Positions 37,846 through 46,770 of a DNA stretch of 51,522 nt are shown piece by piece. Source of the stretch: Gammaproteobacteria bacterium. Lineage in GTDB: Bacteria; Pseudomonadota; Gammaproteobacteria; GCA-001735895. Position 1 is the first letter of the stretch, and every line of letters starts with the position of its first letter. The DNA lies in NCBI GenBank assembly GCA_009937625.1, contig JAACFA010000029.1:1-51522 (forward strand). The letters are read 5' to 3'. The notes below the pieces were generated by a model. It saw only the letters and a program-made list of their open reading frames with translations. It did no database searches and had not been told where the DNA came from. Made by a program: the position numbers and the translations under genes.

Positions 37846-38010
37846 GTTTACTGGCGCGACACAAACGAGGGGCCGGTGGCCCTCACGCCTGAAAGCTGAC
37901 TTTAAGTGGTCGGACTGGAAAGGTCAGGAATCTGGAGGAGATAGCTGCGACACTAAAAAAAATTAGAAGCAGTGAGGACGAGAGAGGCGCCCCCTGGGCG
38001 CCTTTTTTTT
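37846..38010 (+). ncRNA. Candidate GGA-rich (Csr/Rsm-like) small RNA ending at a strong intrinsic terminator
   Basis: No credible ORF here. Possible promoter TTAAAC (37811-16), 17 nt spacer, TAATAG (37834-39). Six GGA motifs lie between ~37912 and 37985 (cGGActGGAaaggtcaGGAatctGGAGGAg...gtgaGGAcg). Terminator at 37986-38010. The 5' end is a guess. Confidence 0.3.
37986..38010 (+). terminator. Rho-independent terminator
   Basis: GGCGCCC-CCT-GGGCGCC (7-bp GC stem, 3-nt loop) immediately followed by T8. Confidence 0.7.
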
Positions 38011-38016
38011 GTCTGG

Positions 38017-38330
38017 CCTGCTGCGCGCCGCGATTGCGGCGTTACTTTTTGCAGCGAGACGCTCACGTACTAGAGGTACGCTCGCGCCTTCGCCGCAAAA
38101 AGTGCCTTGCACTCGCGGCGCTCGCGACGGCCAGACTTTCCTGGCTAGAAAAACTATGCCTGCTGCGCGCCGCGATTGCGGCGTTACTTTTTGCAGCGAG
38201 ACGCTCACGTACTAGAGGTGCGCTCGCGCCTTCGCCGCAAAAAGTGCCTTGCACTCGCGGCGCTCGCGACGGGCAGACTTTCCTGGCTAGAAAAACTATT
38301 CCTGCTGCGAGCCGCGCTAGCCGCGTTGTA
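38017..38330. repeat. Tandem repeat: two 142-bp units plus a degenerate partial third unit
   Basis: 38017-38158 and 38159-38300 align base for base with 3 substitutions (38078/38220, 38131/38273, 38158/38300). 38301-~38330 repeats the first ~30 nt imperfectly. The unit contains hairpins CGCCGC-GATT-GCGGCG, ACTTTTTGC...GCAAAAAGT and GCCAG-ACTTTC-CTGGC. Confidence 0.9.
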
Positions 38331-38404
38331 ATAAACCCGGTGAGCCTAGTAAGTGTCGCGGTCGAGTGAAAACTCATCATCGGCGTATCTATTGCTATAC
38401 TCCG

Positions 38405-38965
38405 ATGCTGATGAAGCACTTTATTTCGATAGTTGTACTCTCGATTTTATCGCTCGCTCCTGTGCTCGCGAACCAGGAGGGTATCGTCGTGCGTACTGCC
38501 ACCGTGCACACCAGTCCGAGTCACGGGGCGCGGCGTCTCGGGGAGGTCACCGCCGGCACCGCGGTGAGCATTTTTTCACGCCAGGGCGGCTGGAAGGAAA
38601 TATTTTCGGAACAGCATTCGATCATAGGCTGGGTGCGTGGTTACCAGGTGCGCGAAGGGAGCGCGGCACCGGTCGTGGAAACGACAAACGAGGCGGATTC
38701 TCGTGGGTTCCTTGCGGGCTTGGCCTCCTTTTCCCGCAAGGCGAGCAGTTTTTTCAAATCCGATCGTTCCGCCACCAGTTCGGGAACGGCAACCATCGGG
38801 GTCAGGGGCCTGAGCGAAGACGAAATCAAAACGGCGCAGGCGGATTTCGCAGAGTTCGAGAAAATGCAACGGTTCGCCAGCAACGGCAAACGCGCCGGCA
38901 GTTTCGCCAGGCAGGGGAAGTTAAGTTCGACCAGGGTGCCCCATATCTCGGGTAATAAACAGTAA
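38405..38965 (+). CDS. Secreted SH3b-domain protein
   Basis: Track ORF 38366..38965 (GTG); I prefer ATG 38405 or 38411 (MLMKHFISIVVLSILSLAPVLA signal peptide). SH3b-like GIVVRTATVHTSPSHGARRLGEVTAGTAVSIFSRQGGWKEIF...GWVRGYQV. Confidence 0.7.
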   Translation: MLMKHFISIVVLSILSLAPVLANQEGIVVRTATVHTSPSHGARRLGEVTAGTAVSIFSRQGGWKEIFSEQHSIIGWVRGYQVREGSAAPVVETTNEADSRGFLAGLASFSRKASSFFKSDRSATSSGTATIGVRGLSEDEIKTAQADFAEFEKMQRFASNGKRAGSFARQGKLSSTRVPHISGNKQ

Positions 38966-39841
38966 ATGAGAATTCTGAGCAGAATAATACTGTTGGTTAG
39001 CCTCGTCCTGGGGCCGGCTGTTACGACAACCTCGTTTGCGCTAAGTCTCGATGAGCTGAAACAGGCAACGGAAAAGCTGAAGCAAAAAGCCAGTCAGGGC
39101 CAGCAGGCAATAGAAAAGGCCCGTGGCAAGCTTTCCACCGAGGACGAAATCGAGGTCGGCGGAAACCTGATAGCAGGATTGCTGGGCGCGGCGCCTCTGG
39201 TCGACGATGCCGGGCTGCAGCAGTACGTCAACGATGTCGGTTTCTGGGTTGCTTCGCAATCCAGGCGCAGTGATCTTCCCTGGAGCTTCGGTGTGATCGA
39301 TTCCGAGGGGGTCAATGCTTTCGCGGCCCCCGGCGGCTACGTCGTCATTACTCTCGGGCTCTACAAGCTGCTCGAGAACGAGGCCCAGCTGGCCGGCGTA
39401 CTGGCGCATGAAATCGCGCACGTGGTGCGTAAACATCATCTCAAGGCCTTGCAGAAAACCATGAAGCGGGAATTCTGGGCCGATCTCGGGGTCAAGGCGG
39501 CTGGTCGTGAAAACAAGGCCGATGAGCTCGGCAAATTGATCAATTCCGGGGTGCAGCTTTATGCCTCCGGACTGGATAGGAAGTACGAGTACGACGCCGA
39601 TTTGCGCGCCGTGGTGCTGGCGGCGCGTGCCGGCTATGATCCATACGCGCTGCTGGACGTACTAACCACGATAGACAGTATCAATCCCGACGCCTCGGAA
39701 TTGACGGTGTTCATGAATACGCATCCGCCTACCGCGCAGCGTCTCGACCGGCTTGGCCGCAAGATGGACGGCAGGCTGGACGATTATGCCTCGGGGAGGC
39801 ACAATGCAGCTCGCTTTCGTCGGGTCGGTAACAATCCGTAA
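38966..39841 (+). CDS. M48-family zinc metallopeptidase (periplasmic, BepA/YcaL-like)
   Basis: 291 aa with a signal peptide and HEIAHVVRKHH (HExxH). The start abuts the stop of the SH3b gene. Confidence 0.88.
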   Translation: MRILSRIILLVSLVLGPAVTTTSFALSLDELKQATEKLKQKASQGQQAIEKARGKLSTEDEIEVGGNLIAGLLGAAPLVDDAGLQQYVNDVGFWVASQSRRSDLPWSFGVIDSEGVNAFAAPGGYVVITLGLYKLLENEAQLAGVLAHEIAHVVRKHHLKALQKTMKREFWADLGVKAAGRENKADELGKLINSGVQLYASGLDRKYEYDADLRAVVLAARAGYDPYALLDVLTTIDSINPDASELTVFMNTHPPTAQRLDRLGRKMDGRLDDYASGRHNAARFRRVGNNP

Positions 39842-39882
39842 GGGTGGTTGGGTCCGGCAGTAATCCGGAGTATTATTCCAGA

Positions 39883-40917
39883 ATGCATGAAATCGGTGAT
39901 AACGATCGCGCGATCCTGCGCTGGTTGCTGCTTTGCCTGGTGCTGGTGTTTGCGATGGTTATCCTCGGCGGCGTCACGCGTCTGACCGATTCCGGGCTCT
40001 CCATGGTGACCTGGCATCCGACCGGCATGCTGCCGCCGATGAGCGCCGAGCAATGGCGCGCCGAGTTCGAGCTTTACCAGCAGTTCCCCGAGTATAAAAA
40101 ACTGAACCGGGAAATGTCGCTCGACGGTTTCAAGTCGATTTACTGGTTCGAGTATTCGCATCGGATGCTCGGACGCCTGATCGGCCTGGTGTTCCTGCTA
40201 CCGTTCCTGTACTTCCTGCTGCGCAAAATGATCAGGCCCGGCCTGACGCCCAGGCTGGTAGCCATGTTTTTGCTAGGAGGATTCCAGGGCCTGCTCGGCT
40301 GGTACATGGTCAAGAGCGGGCTGGTCAGTAATCCGCACGTCAGCCAGTATCGCCTGACCGCGCATTTGCTGAGCGCGATCCTGATTTACGGATTCATACT
40401 GTGGACCATTTTCAATCTTGCTTTTCCCGGCGAATACCGGCGCCTGGCCGAATCGCAAGCTGGCGGCTGGCGCAAGGCGTCGCTGGCGCTGCTCGGCCTG
40501 GTACTGGTTACGATAGCCAGCGGCGGATTCGTCGCGGGGCTCGATGCGGGCATGATATTCAATACTTTTCCGCTGATGGGCGGTCAACTGATTCCGGAGG
40601 GCATCGGTGCGCTGACGCCCTGGTATCTGAATCCGTTCGAAAACCTGGTTACGGTGCAGTTCGACCATCGCTGGTTAGCCATTTTCACCGGAATTCTGCT
40701 GCTGATCTGGTACCTGCGCGGGCGTTCCCGTTTCGGCGAGCCACGCACGCAGCGCGGTTTCAAACTGGTAGGCATGATGATCATTCTGCAGCTCGCGCTC
40801 GGCATTGCGACCCTGTTGATGCAGGTGCCGGTGGTACTGGGCGCGCTGCACCAGGCGGGTGCCCTGCTGCTGTTCGGCGCGCTATTGTTCAATATCCATA
40901 CGCTTAGCCGCGTGTAG
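39883..40917 (+). CDS. ctaA: COX15/CtaA-family haem A synthase
   Basis: Track ORF 39844..40917; ATG 39883 preferred. Polytopic, with GGVTRLTDSGLSMVTW, FEYSHRMLGR and QFDHRWLA motifs. Confidence 0.88.
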   Translation: MHEIGDNDRAILRWLLLCLVLVFAMVILGGVTRLTDSGLSMVTWHPTGMLPPMSAEQWRAEFELYQQFPEYKKLNREMSLDGFKSIYWFEYSHRMLGRLIGLVFLLPFLYFLLRKMIRPGLTPRLVAMFLLGGFQGLLGWYMVKSGLVSNPHVSQYRLTAHLLSAILIYGFILWTIFNLAFPGEYRRLAESQAGGWRKASLALLGLVLVTIASGGFVAGLDAGMIFNTFPLMGGQLIPEGIGALTPWYLNPFENLVTVQFDHRWLAIFTGILLLIWYLRGRSRFGEPRTQRGFKLVGMMIILQLALGIATLLMQVPVVLGALHQAGALLLFGALLFNIHTLSRV

Positions 40918-40973
40918 TTGCGCTGCCGGAAGGTTATAATTCCCCGAATCAGAAGTTGCGGGGCTAAGGGCCG

Positions 40974-41459
40974 ATGAGTTCGATCAGGATTGGGCACGGC
41001 TACGACGTGCATGCCTTCACCGAGGGCAGCGGATTCGTGTTGGGTGGAGTCGAGATTAGCTGCGACAAGGCGGTCCTGGCGCACTCAGACGGTGACGTGC
41101 TGATCCATGCACTGTGCGACGCCTTGCTCGGGGCGCTCGGCCGGGGCGATATCGGTCAGCTGTTCCCCGATAGCGATGCCGCCAACAAGGGCCGGGACAG
41201 CCGGCAATTTCTGCGTGCGGTAAAAGACCTCGCCGATCAGGATGGGATGCGGCTGGGTAATGCCGATATTACCGTAATCCTGCAGGCGCCGAAGATCGGA
41301 TCCCGATTGCAGGCGATGAAACAGGTCCTGGCGGGAGAGCTCGATTGCCCGTTAAACGCGATCAATATCAAGGCAACAACTACCGAGAAGCTCGGTTTCA
41401 TTGGCCGTGAAGAGGGTATTGCCGCCGAGGCGGTAGTCGTGCTGGAGGGTGCGGTGTGA
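40974..41459 (+). CDS. ispF: 2-C-methyl-D-erythritol 2,4-cyclodiphosphate synthase
   Basis: 161 aa. IRIGHGYDVHAF...LAHSDGDVLIHALCDALLGA...GDIG..FPD is the canonical IspF pattern. Confidence 0.95.
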   Translation: MSSIRIGHGYDVHAFTEGSGFVLGGVEISCDKAVLAHSDGDVLIHALCDALLGALGRGDIGQLFPDSDAANKGRDSRQFLRAVKDLADQDGMRLGNADITVILQAPKIGSRLQAMKQVLAGELDCPLNAINIKATTTEKLGFIGREEGIAAEAVVVLEGAV

Positions 41460-42508
41460 CGCTAGGTCCGTTGATGATCGATGTGGCCGGTACCGAGCTG
41501 GACGATACCGATCGAAAACGTTTGCGGCATCCGCAGGTCGGTGGCGTGATCCTGTTCAGCCGCAATTACGAGAATCCCGCGCAGTTGACTCAGCTATGCC
41601 GCGAAATTCATGCGCTCAGGGATCCGCGCCTGGTGGTTGCGGTCGACCAGGAGGGAGGTCGGGTGCAGCGTTTCCGCGAGGGTTTCCAGGCGATTCCGGC
41701 GATGGGTCATTTGGGCGATCTCTATGACGACGCACCGCATGAGGCCATTCGTCTTGCGGAAATCTTTGCCTGGGTGATGGCGTCGGAGTTGCTTTTTTAT
41801 GGCATCGACCTCAGTTTCTCGCCGGTGCTGGATATTGCCAATCCGATCAGCAGCGTTATCGGCGATCGCGCGTTTCATCGCGACCCCGAAACGGTATGTC
41901 ACCTGGCCAACGCCTGGATCCGCGGCATGCGCCGCGCCGGTATGGAGGCGGTAGGCAAACATTTTCCCGGGCATGGCTCGGTCGAAGGGGATTCGCATCA
42001 CGTGATGCCCTTCGATCGGCGCAGTTTTTTGGAAATCGAAGCGCTTGATCTGGTCCCGTTTCGACGGGTTATCGCCACGCATCTGAGCGGCATCATGATG
42101 GCGCACGTGATTTACGATCGGGTCGACTCGATTGCCGCCGGCTATTCGCGCTTCTGGATCGAGTCGGTGCTGCGCGGCCAGCTCGAGTTCGAGGGTGTCG
42201 TCTTCAGCGACGATCTGAGCATGAGCGGTGCCGAGTCGGTTGGCGGCTATGCCGAGCGTGCCCGGCATGCACTCGACGCCGGTTGCGATATACTGCTGGT
42301 TTGCAATAACCCGGCCGGTGCCGACGAGGTGCTGGATACGCTGCAGGATTATAGCAACCCGACGTCGCAAATTCGCATGGTACGCCTGCATGGCGAACCA
42401 CCGACGAAGGGTTTGTTCGAAACCCGTCAATGGCAGAACGCCTGCGAGGAGTTACAGGATTTCAATCACCGGCTGGGCCTGGCGAGTAGCGGAGACTTAT
42501 TTGAATAA
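41456..42508 (+). CDS. nagZ: Beta-N-acetylhexosaminidase NagZ
   Basis: 350 aa, GH3 motifs (VGGVILFSRN, VAVDQEGGRVQRF, KHFPGHG). 4-nt overlap with ispF. Confidence 0.92.
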   Translation: MTLGPLMIDVAGTELDDTDRKRLRHPQVGGVILFSRNYENPAQLTQLCREIHALRDPRLVVAVDQEGGRVQRFREGFQAIPAMGHLGDLYDDAPHEAIRLAEIFAWVMASELLFYGIDLSFSPVLDIANPISSVIGDRAFHRDPETVCHLANAWIRGMRRAGMEAVGKHFPGHGSVEGDSHHVMPFDRRSFLEIEALDLVPFRRVIATHLSGIMMAHVIYDRVDSIAAGYSRFWIESVLRGQLEFEGVVFSDDLSMSGAESVGGYAERARHALDAGCDILLVCNNPAGADEVLDTLQDYSNPTSQIRMVRLHGEPPTKGLFETRQWQNACEELQDFNHRLGLASSGDLFE

Positions 42509-43587
42509 TGAATGAACTGGCGCAACTGATACCCGGAATGGAAGGGGAGCTAGGCTGGGTGATCCAGGTATTTTTAATCCTGCTCGCGACCGCTTTCGCG
42601 AGTTTCTTCATCAAGCGGCTCCTGACCAAAATGCTGACCCGGCTGCATCGAACGCCGACCCGTTGGGACGACATTATCCTTAGATCGATGAAGCGGCCGA
42701 TTAGCTGGGCGGTGTGGCTGCAGGGTCTGGATATCGCGATTGACGTCGTTTACGCCAAGACGCAGAACCCGATCTTTTCCTATTCCGACCCGGTACGCGA
42801 CGTGGGTGTGCTGCTCTGTATAACCTGGTTTCTGTTAGGGCTCATCAAGGGAGCGGAACAGGAATTCACGCGCGATTCGGACCAGATCGATCAGCATACC
42901 GCCGAGGCGATCGGCAAGCTGGTGCGGCTCGCGCTTATCATCACAACGGCCCTGGTGGTGCTGCAGACGCTGGGGTTCAGCGTTTCGGGCGTGCTGGCGA
43001 TGGGTGGTATCGGCGGTATCGCGGTTGGTTTTGCGGCCAAGGATTTACTCGCCAACTTCTTCGGCGCCCTGATTATTTATCTCGACCGCCCTTTCCTGGT
43101 CGGCGACTGGATCCGCTCGCCCGATCGCAGCCTCGAGGGCACCGTAGAGAAAATCGGCTGGCGGGTCACGGTTATCCGGGATTTCCAGTCGCGCCCGATC
43201 TATGTGCCGAATGCTATTTTTACCAGCATAATCGTGGAGAACCCGTCGCGCATGTCTAACCGGCGTATCTACGAATCCATCGGTTTGCGCTACTCCGATC
43301 TGACCAGCATGGAAAAAGTCGTCAGTGAAGTGAAGGCGATGCTGCAGAACCACGAGGAAATCGATGTCGAAAAGACGATGATGGTTAATTTCAACGAATT
43401 TGCGGATTCATCGGTAGACTTCTTTATCTACTGCTTTACGAAAACCACGCAGTGGGTAAAATTTCACCAGATCAAGCAGGACGTGATGTTGCGTATCGCC
43501 GAAATCATCGAGGCGAATAATGCGGAAATCGCGTTTCCGACTTCGACGATTCATCTTGCCGATCCGATTTCCGTAGACAGCAGGTAG
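42508..43587 (+). CDS. MscS-family mechanosensitive channel
   Basis: 359 aa with TM helices, then GGIGGIAVGFAAKDLLANFFGALIIYLDRPFLVGDWI. Confidence 0.9.
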   Translation: MNELAQLIPGMEGELGWVIQVFLILLATAFASFFIKRLLTKMLTRLHRTPTRWDDIILRSMKRPISWAVWLQGLDIAIDVVYAKTQNPIFSYSDPVRDVGVLLCITWFLLGLIKGAEQEFTRDSDQIDQHTAEAIGKLVRLALIITTALVVLQTLGFSVSGVLAMGGIGGIAVGFAAKDLLANFFGALIIYLDRPFLVGDWIRSPDRSLEGTVEKIGWRVTVIRDFQSRPIYVPNAIFTSIIVENPSRMSNRRIYESIGLRYSDLTSMEKVVSEVKAMLQNHEEIDVEKTMMVNFNEFADSSVDFFIYCFTKTTQWVKFHQIKQDVMLRIAEIIEANNAEIAFPTSTIHLADPISVDSR

Positions 43588-43588
43588 T

Positions 43589-44143
43589 ATGCACGCAGAG
43601 CGCGCCCAGCAGGTACACCAGACAGCCGAATTGCTGTTCGATGCCGATTCCGTAGAACAGGGTATCGCCGCGCTGGCGAGCAAGGTCGAAAACGACAGCC
43701 GCGATGATTTTCCGTTGGTGCTGTGCGTGATGAACGGTGGACTTTACCTGACCGGCCAGCTGCTGCGCTACTGGGAATTTCCGTTGACGCTCGATTACGT
43801 GCATGCGACACGTTATCGGCTGGCAACCCTCGGCAAGGATGTTCTGTGGAAGGCTTATCCGCAGAATGAAATCCGTGATCGTAACGTGATCATCGTCGAC
43901 GATATCTTCGATCAGGGTTATACCCTGGAGGAAGTGATGTCCTATTGCCTCAAGCACGGCGCGCGTAAATGTAGCAGCGTGTTCCTGATTCGAAAAAGCC
44001 ACGAGCGCAAAAAGGCAGATATTCAGCCCGATTATGTCGGTCTTGAATGCGGTGATTGTTATGTCTACGGCGTCGGCATGGATTTGAACGGGCATTTCCG
44101 CAATCTGTCGAGTATCTATGCGCTGCCAGAAAAGGTTGTTTAA
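43589..44143 (+). CDS. hpt: Hypoxanthine-guanine phosphoribosyltransferase
   Basis: 184 aa with PRPP-binding motif VIIVDDIFDQGYTL. Confidence 0.88.
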   Translation: MHAERAQQVHQTAELLFDADSVEQGIAALASKVENDSRDDFPLVLCVMNGGLYLTGQLLRYWEFPLTLDYVHATRYRLATLGKDVLWKAYPQNEIRDRNVIIVDDIFDQGYTLEEVMSYCLKHGARKCSSVFLIRKSHERKKADIQPDYVGLECGDCYVYGVGMDLNGHFRNLSSIYALPEKVV

Positions 44144-44886
44144 TGCTTGCGATTATCGGTGGCAGCGGCCTGTACTCGCTGGGTGACGATTTTGAACTGG
44201 AGCAGCAGGTGCCGCGCGGTACGCCCTACGGCGATACCTCGGCCGATATTTTGCAGGGGTGCTGGCAGGATATAGGGCTTTGCTTTCTTCCCCGTCATGG
44301 GCCCGGCCACAGGGTTCCGCCGCACCGCATCAACTACCGCGCCAATCTGTGGGCCCTGCAACAACTCGGCGTCAGTCATGTTATCTCGGTTAATGCGGTG
44401 GGTGGAATCAGCCCGGAGATGTCACCCCTGACCCTGGCGGTGCCGGATCAAATTATCGACTACAGCTCGGGCCGCGAACACACTTACTTCGAGGGCGACG
44501 ACTCGGCGGTTACCCATATCGATTTCAGCTGGCCCTATAGCGCGCAGATGCGCGGCATCGTCATCGAGGTCGGTCTCCAACTGGGACAGCTGCTGGTCGC
44601 TGCCGGCACCTATGGCGCCACCAATGGGCCGCGTCTCGAAACCGCCGCCGAGATTCGACGCATGAAAAACGATGGCTGCGATATGGTCGGCATGACCGGA
44701 ATGCCGGAGGCAGCGCTGGCGCGCGAACTCGAGCTCGAGTACGCCTGTCTCGCGCTGGTCGTTAACTGGGCTGCCGGCATCGAAGATCGCGAGCTCAGCA
44801 TGAACGAAATTCTTGCCAACGTGGAGCAGGGTATGCAAAAGGTCAGGCAGGTTTTACTCGCCGCCGCGAGGCTGGTCGGTCAATGA
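44143..44886 (+). CDS. S-methyl-5'-thioadenosine/thioinosine phosphorylase (MTAP family)
   Basis: Track ORF 44056..44886. ATG 44143 (MLAIIGGSGLY) overlaps the hpt stop (TAATG). PNP/MTAP motifs FLPRHG..H, NAVGG, GMT..PEA.LARE. Confidence 0.88.
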   Translation: MLAIIGGSGLYSLGDDFELEQQVPRGTPYGDTSADILQGCWQDIGLCFLPRHGPGHRVPPHRINYRANLWALQQLGVSHVISVNAVGGISPEMSPLTLAVPDQIIDYSSGREHTYFEGDDSAVTHIDFSWPYSAQMRGIVIEVGLQLGQLLVAAGTYGATNGPRLETAAEIRRMKNDGCDMVGMTGMPEAALARELELEYACLALVVNWAAGIEDRELSMNEILANVEQGMQKVRQVLLAAARLVGQ

Positions 44887-45437
44887 ACTACTGTAGCCAG
44901 TGCGGGCAGCCGGTAACCCTTAAAATACCGGTCGATGATAATCGGGAACGATTCGTTTGCGACCATTGCGGTTACGTGCATTACCAGAATCCGAACAATG
45001 TCTGTGGTGCGATACTCACTCGCGGTGACGAGGTGCTGCTCTGCAAGCGCGCCATCGAGCCGCGCTACGGGCGCTGGACCCTGCCCGCCGGCTTCATGGA
45101 AAACAATGAAACCGTGGCCGAGGCGGCGGCGCGCGAGGCGCTGGAAGAAGCCAACGCGGTCGCGGGACCGTTGAAGCTGTTCGGCATCTTCAGCATGCCT
45201 TACATTTCCCAGGTCTACCTGATGTTTCATGGTGAACTCATCAGCGATATTTCGGCGGGCCAGGAAAGCCTCGAGGTGGGAATGTTCACCCGTCAGCAAA
45301 TTCCCTGGGACGAGCTGGCTTTTCCGGTAGTTACCCATAGCCTGGAGCTGTTTTACGAGCACGGCACCGAGCGAGTGCACCATGCATGGTTCAGTCGCGG
45401 GCCGAATCGCGAAGTCGAGCTGCATTCCATCGATTAG
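44883..45437 (+). CDS. NUDIX hydrolase with an N-terminal zinc ribbon
   Basis: 184 aa. CSQCG...CDHCG zinc ribbon and Nudix box GFMENNETVAEAAAREALEEANA. Confidence 0.88.
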   Translation: MNYCSQCGQPVTLKIPVDDNRERFVCDHCGYVHYQNPNNVCGAILTRGDEVLLCKRAIEPRYGRWTLPAGFMENNETVAEAAAREALEEANAVAGPLKLFGIFSMPYISQVYLMFHGELISDISAGQESLEVGMFTRQQIPWDELAFPVVTHSLELFYEHGTERVHHAWFSRGPNREVELHSID

Positions 45438-45446
45438 GCAGGCGGT

Positions 45447-46709
45447 CTAGGGCTTATCCGGGAGCGATAGGTCGGTGAATTCGGATACCACCGTCATGTT
45501 GCGACCGTTGTTCTTGGCTTCGTAGAGCGCGATGTCGGCGCGCTTGATCAATTCGCCGATGGTTTCGCCCTTGACGATGGCCGCGCAGCCGAGGCTGGCG
45601 GTTATCTGGCCAACGTTCTCGAAATCGGTGCTGGCAACCAGTTGACGAATGGTTTCGGCTATCGGCAGCAAGTCTTCTTCCTCGATCGTGGTGCAGCAAA
45701 TCAGGAATTCTTCGCCGCCCCAGCGGGCAATAAAATCGCTGGTTCGAATCGCATTCTCGAAGATCATGGCCAGTTTCTTGAGCACGACGTCGCCGGTATC
45801 GTGCCCGAAGTTGTCATTGACGCTCTTGAAGTGATCTATGTCTAGCATGATGATGCCGAAGCGCTGGTTGTGACGCTCGAAGCGCGAATATTCCTTGTGC
45901 AGGATCTGGTTCATATGAGTCCGGTTCGACAATCCGGTAAGGCTGTCGGTCAGGGCCATGCGCGTCAGTTCGTTATTGTCTTCCAGCAGTTCCTTTTGCG
46001 TGTCGAGTAGCGATTCGGTGCGTTCGTAAATCTTCTGCTCGAGATAGTTGTTCATATCCTGTAACTGGCCTGAAAGCTTGCGTCCATACCAGATCGCAAT
46101 ACAGGTAACGGCCAGGCTGACCAGCACCGCGAAGACCGAGAATATGGCGATCTGGGTGCGGCTCGCTTCGGCATCGCTGCTCGACAGGAGCAGCGCCTTT
46201 TGCACATCCATGCGTTGCGCCTGCGTCAGTTCGGAGAGGTGTGACAGTAGCGGAGCCGTCTTGGGCAGTACTTCCTGCAACAGTATCTTGCTGGCTTCGT
46301 CGCGGCTGCCGTTGAGAAACAGCACCGAAACCTGCCGGTTCAGGTCGTTGATGTCGCGGTCGAGACGGTCGATCGCCTCCATGATTTCTCGTTCGCGCGG
46401 CGCCAGCATCGGCATCAGCCGTTCACGGGTCTCGTTGTAGGCGCCTCGCAGGCGATTGAAGCTGGGCCAGGATTCGTCCTCGATGAACTGCTCGTCGTGC
46501 AGCAGCATGGATTGCATGAAGCGGGTGCGGCTTTGAATGATAGTCGAGAGTTCATTGACGAGATTTATCTTTTCCAGCTGGCGCGCAACCTGGAGATTTA
46601 CGTCTCGATTGCCGACACTGCTCGAATGAAAAGCGATAAAGGCCAGCGCTATCATCAACAAGATGACGATGGTGAAGCCATATATCAATAGACGAGTAGG
46701 GTGGTGCAT
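45447..46709 (-). CDS. Membrane-bound diguanylate cyclase (two TM helices flanking a helical periplasmic sensor, plus GGDEF)
   Basis: Track ORF 45447..46847. I prefer ATG 46709 (MHHPTRLLIYGFTIVILLM...) because it avoids overlapping the upstream gene. GGDEF domain with RWGGEEF. Confidence 0.85.
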   Translation of the reverse strand: MHHPTRLLIYGFTIVILLMIALAFIAFHSSSVGNRDVNLQVARQLEKINLVNELSTIIQSRTRFMQSMLLHDEQFIEDESWPSFNRLRGAYNETRERLMPMLAPREREIMEAIDRLDRDINDLNRQVSVLFLNGSRDEASKILLQEVLPKTAPLLSHLSELTQAQRMDVQKALLLSSSDAEASRTQIAIFSVFAVLVSLAVTCIAIWYGRKLSGQLQDMNNYLEQKIYERTESLLDTQKELLEDNNELTRMALTDSLTGLSNRTHMNQILHKEYSRFERHNQRFGIIMLDIDHFKSVNDNFGHDTGDVVLKKLAMIFENAIRTSDFIARWGGEEFLICCTTIEEEDLLPIAETIRQLVASTDFENVGQITASLGCAAIVKGETIGELIKRADIALYEAKNNGRNMTVVSEFTDLSLPDKP

Positions 46710-46770
46710 TAGCCGTATATTAGCCTTGAGGCCGGAGTCACTATAGAGCGAGTGGTTGACATTAAACTGA

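Noticed and set aside
38017-38330. Possible CRISPR array
   Set aside because: The repeats are 142 bp long and directly abutting, with no unique spacers. No cas genes are in the window.
37963-38419. Track ORFs 37963..38208(-), 38009..38215(+), 38034..38369(+) and 38063..38419(-), which could be read as small repetitive proteins
   Set aside because: They lie entirely within the 142-bp tandem repeat, overlap each other on both strands, and have repeat-driven Arg/Ala-rich composition. They have no RBS or signal features. They are most likely artefacts of the repeat.
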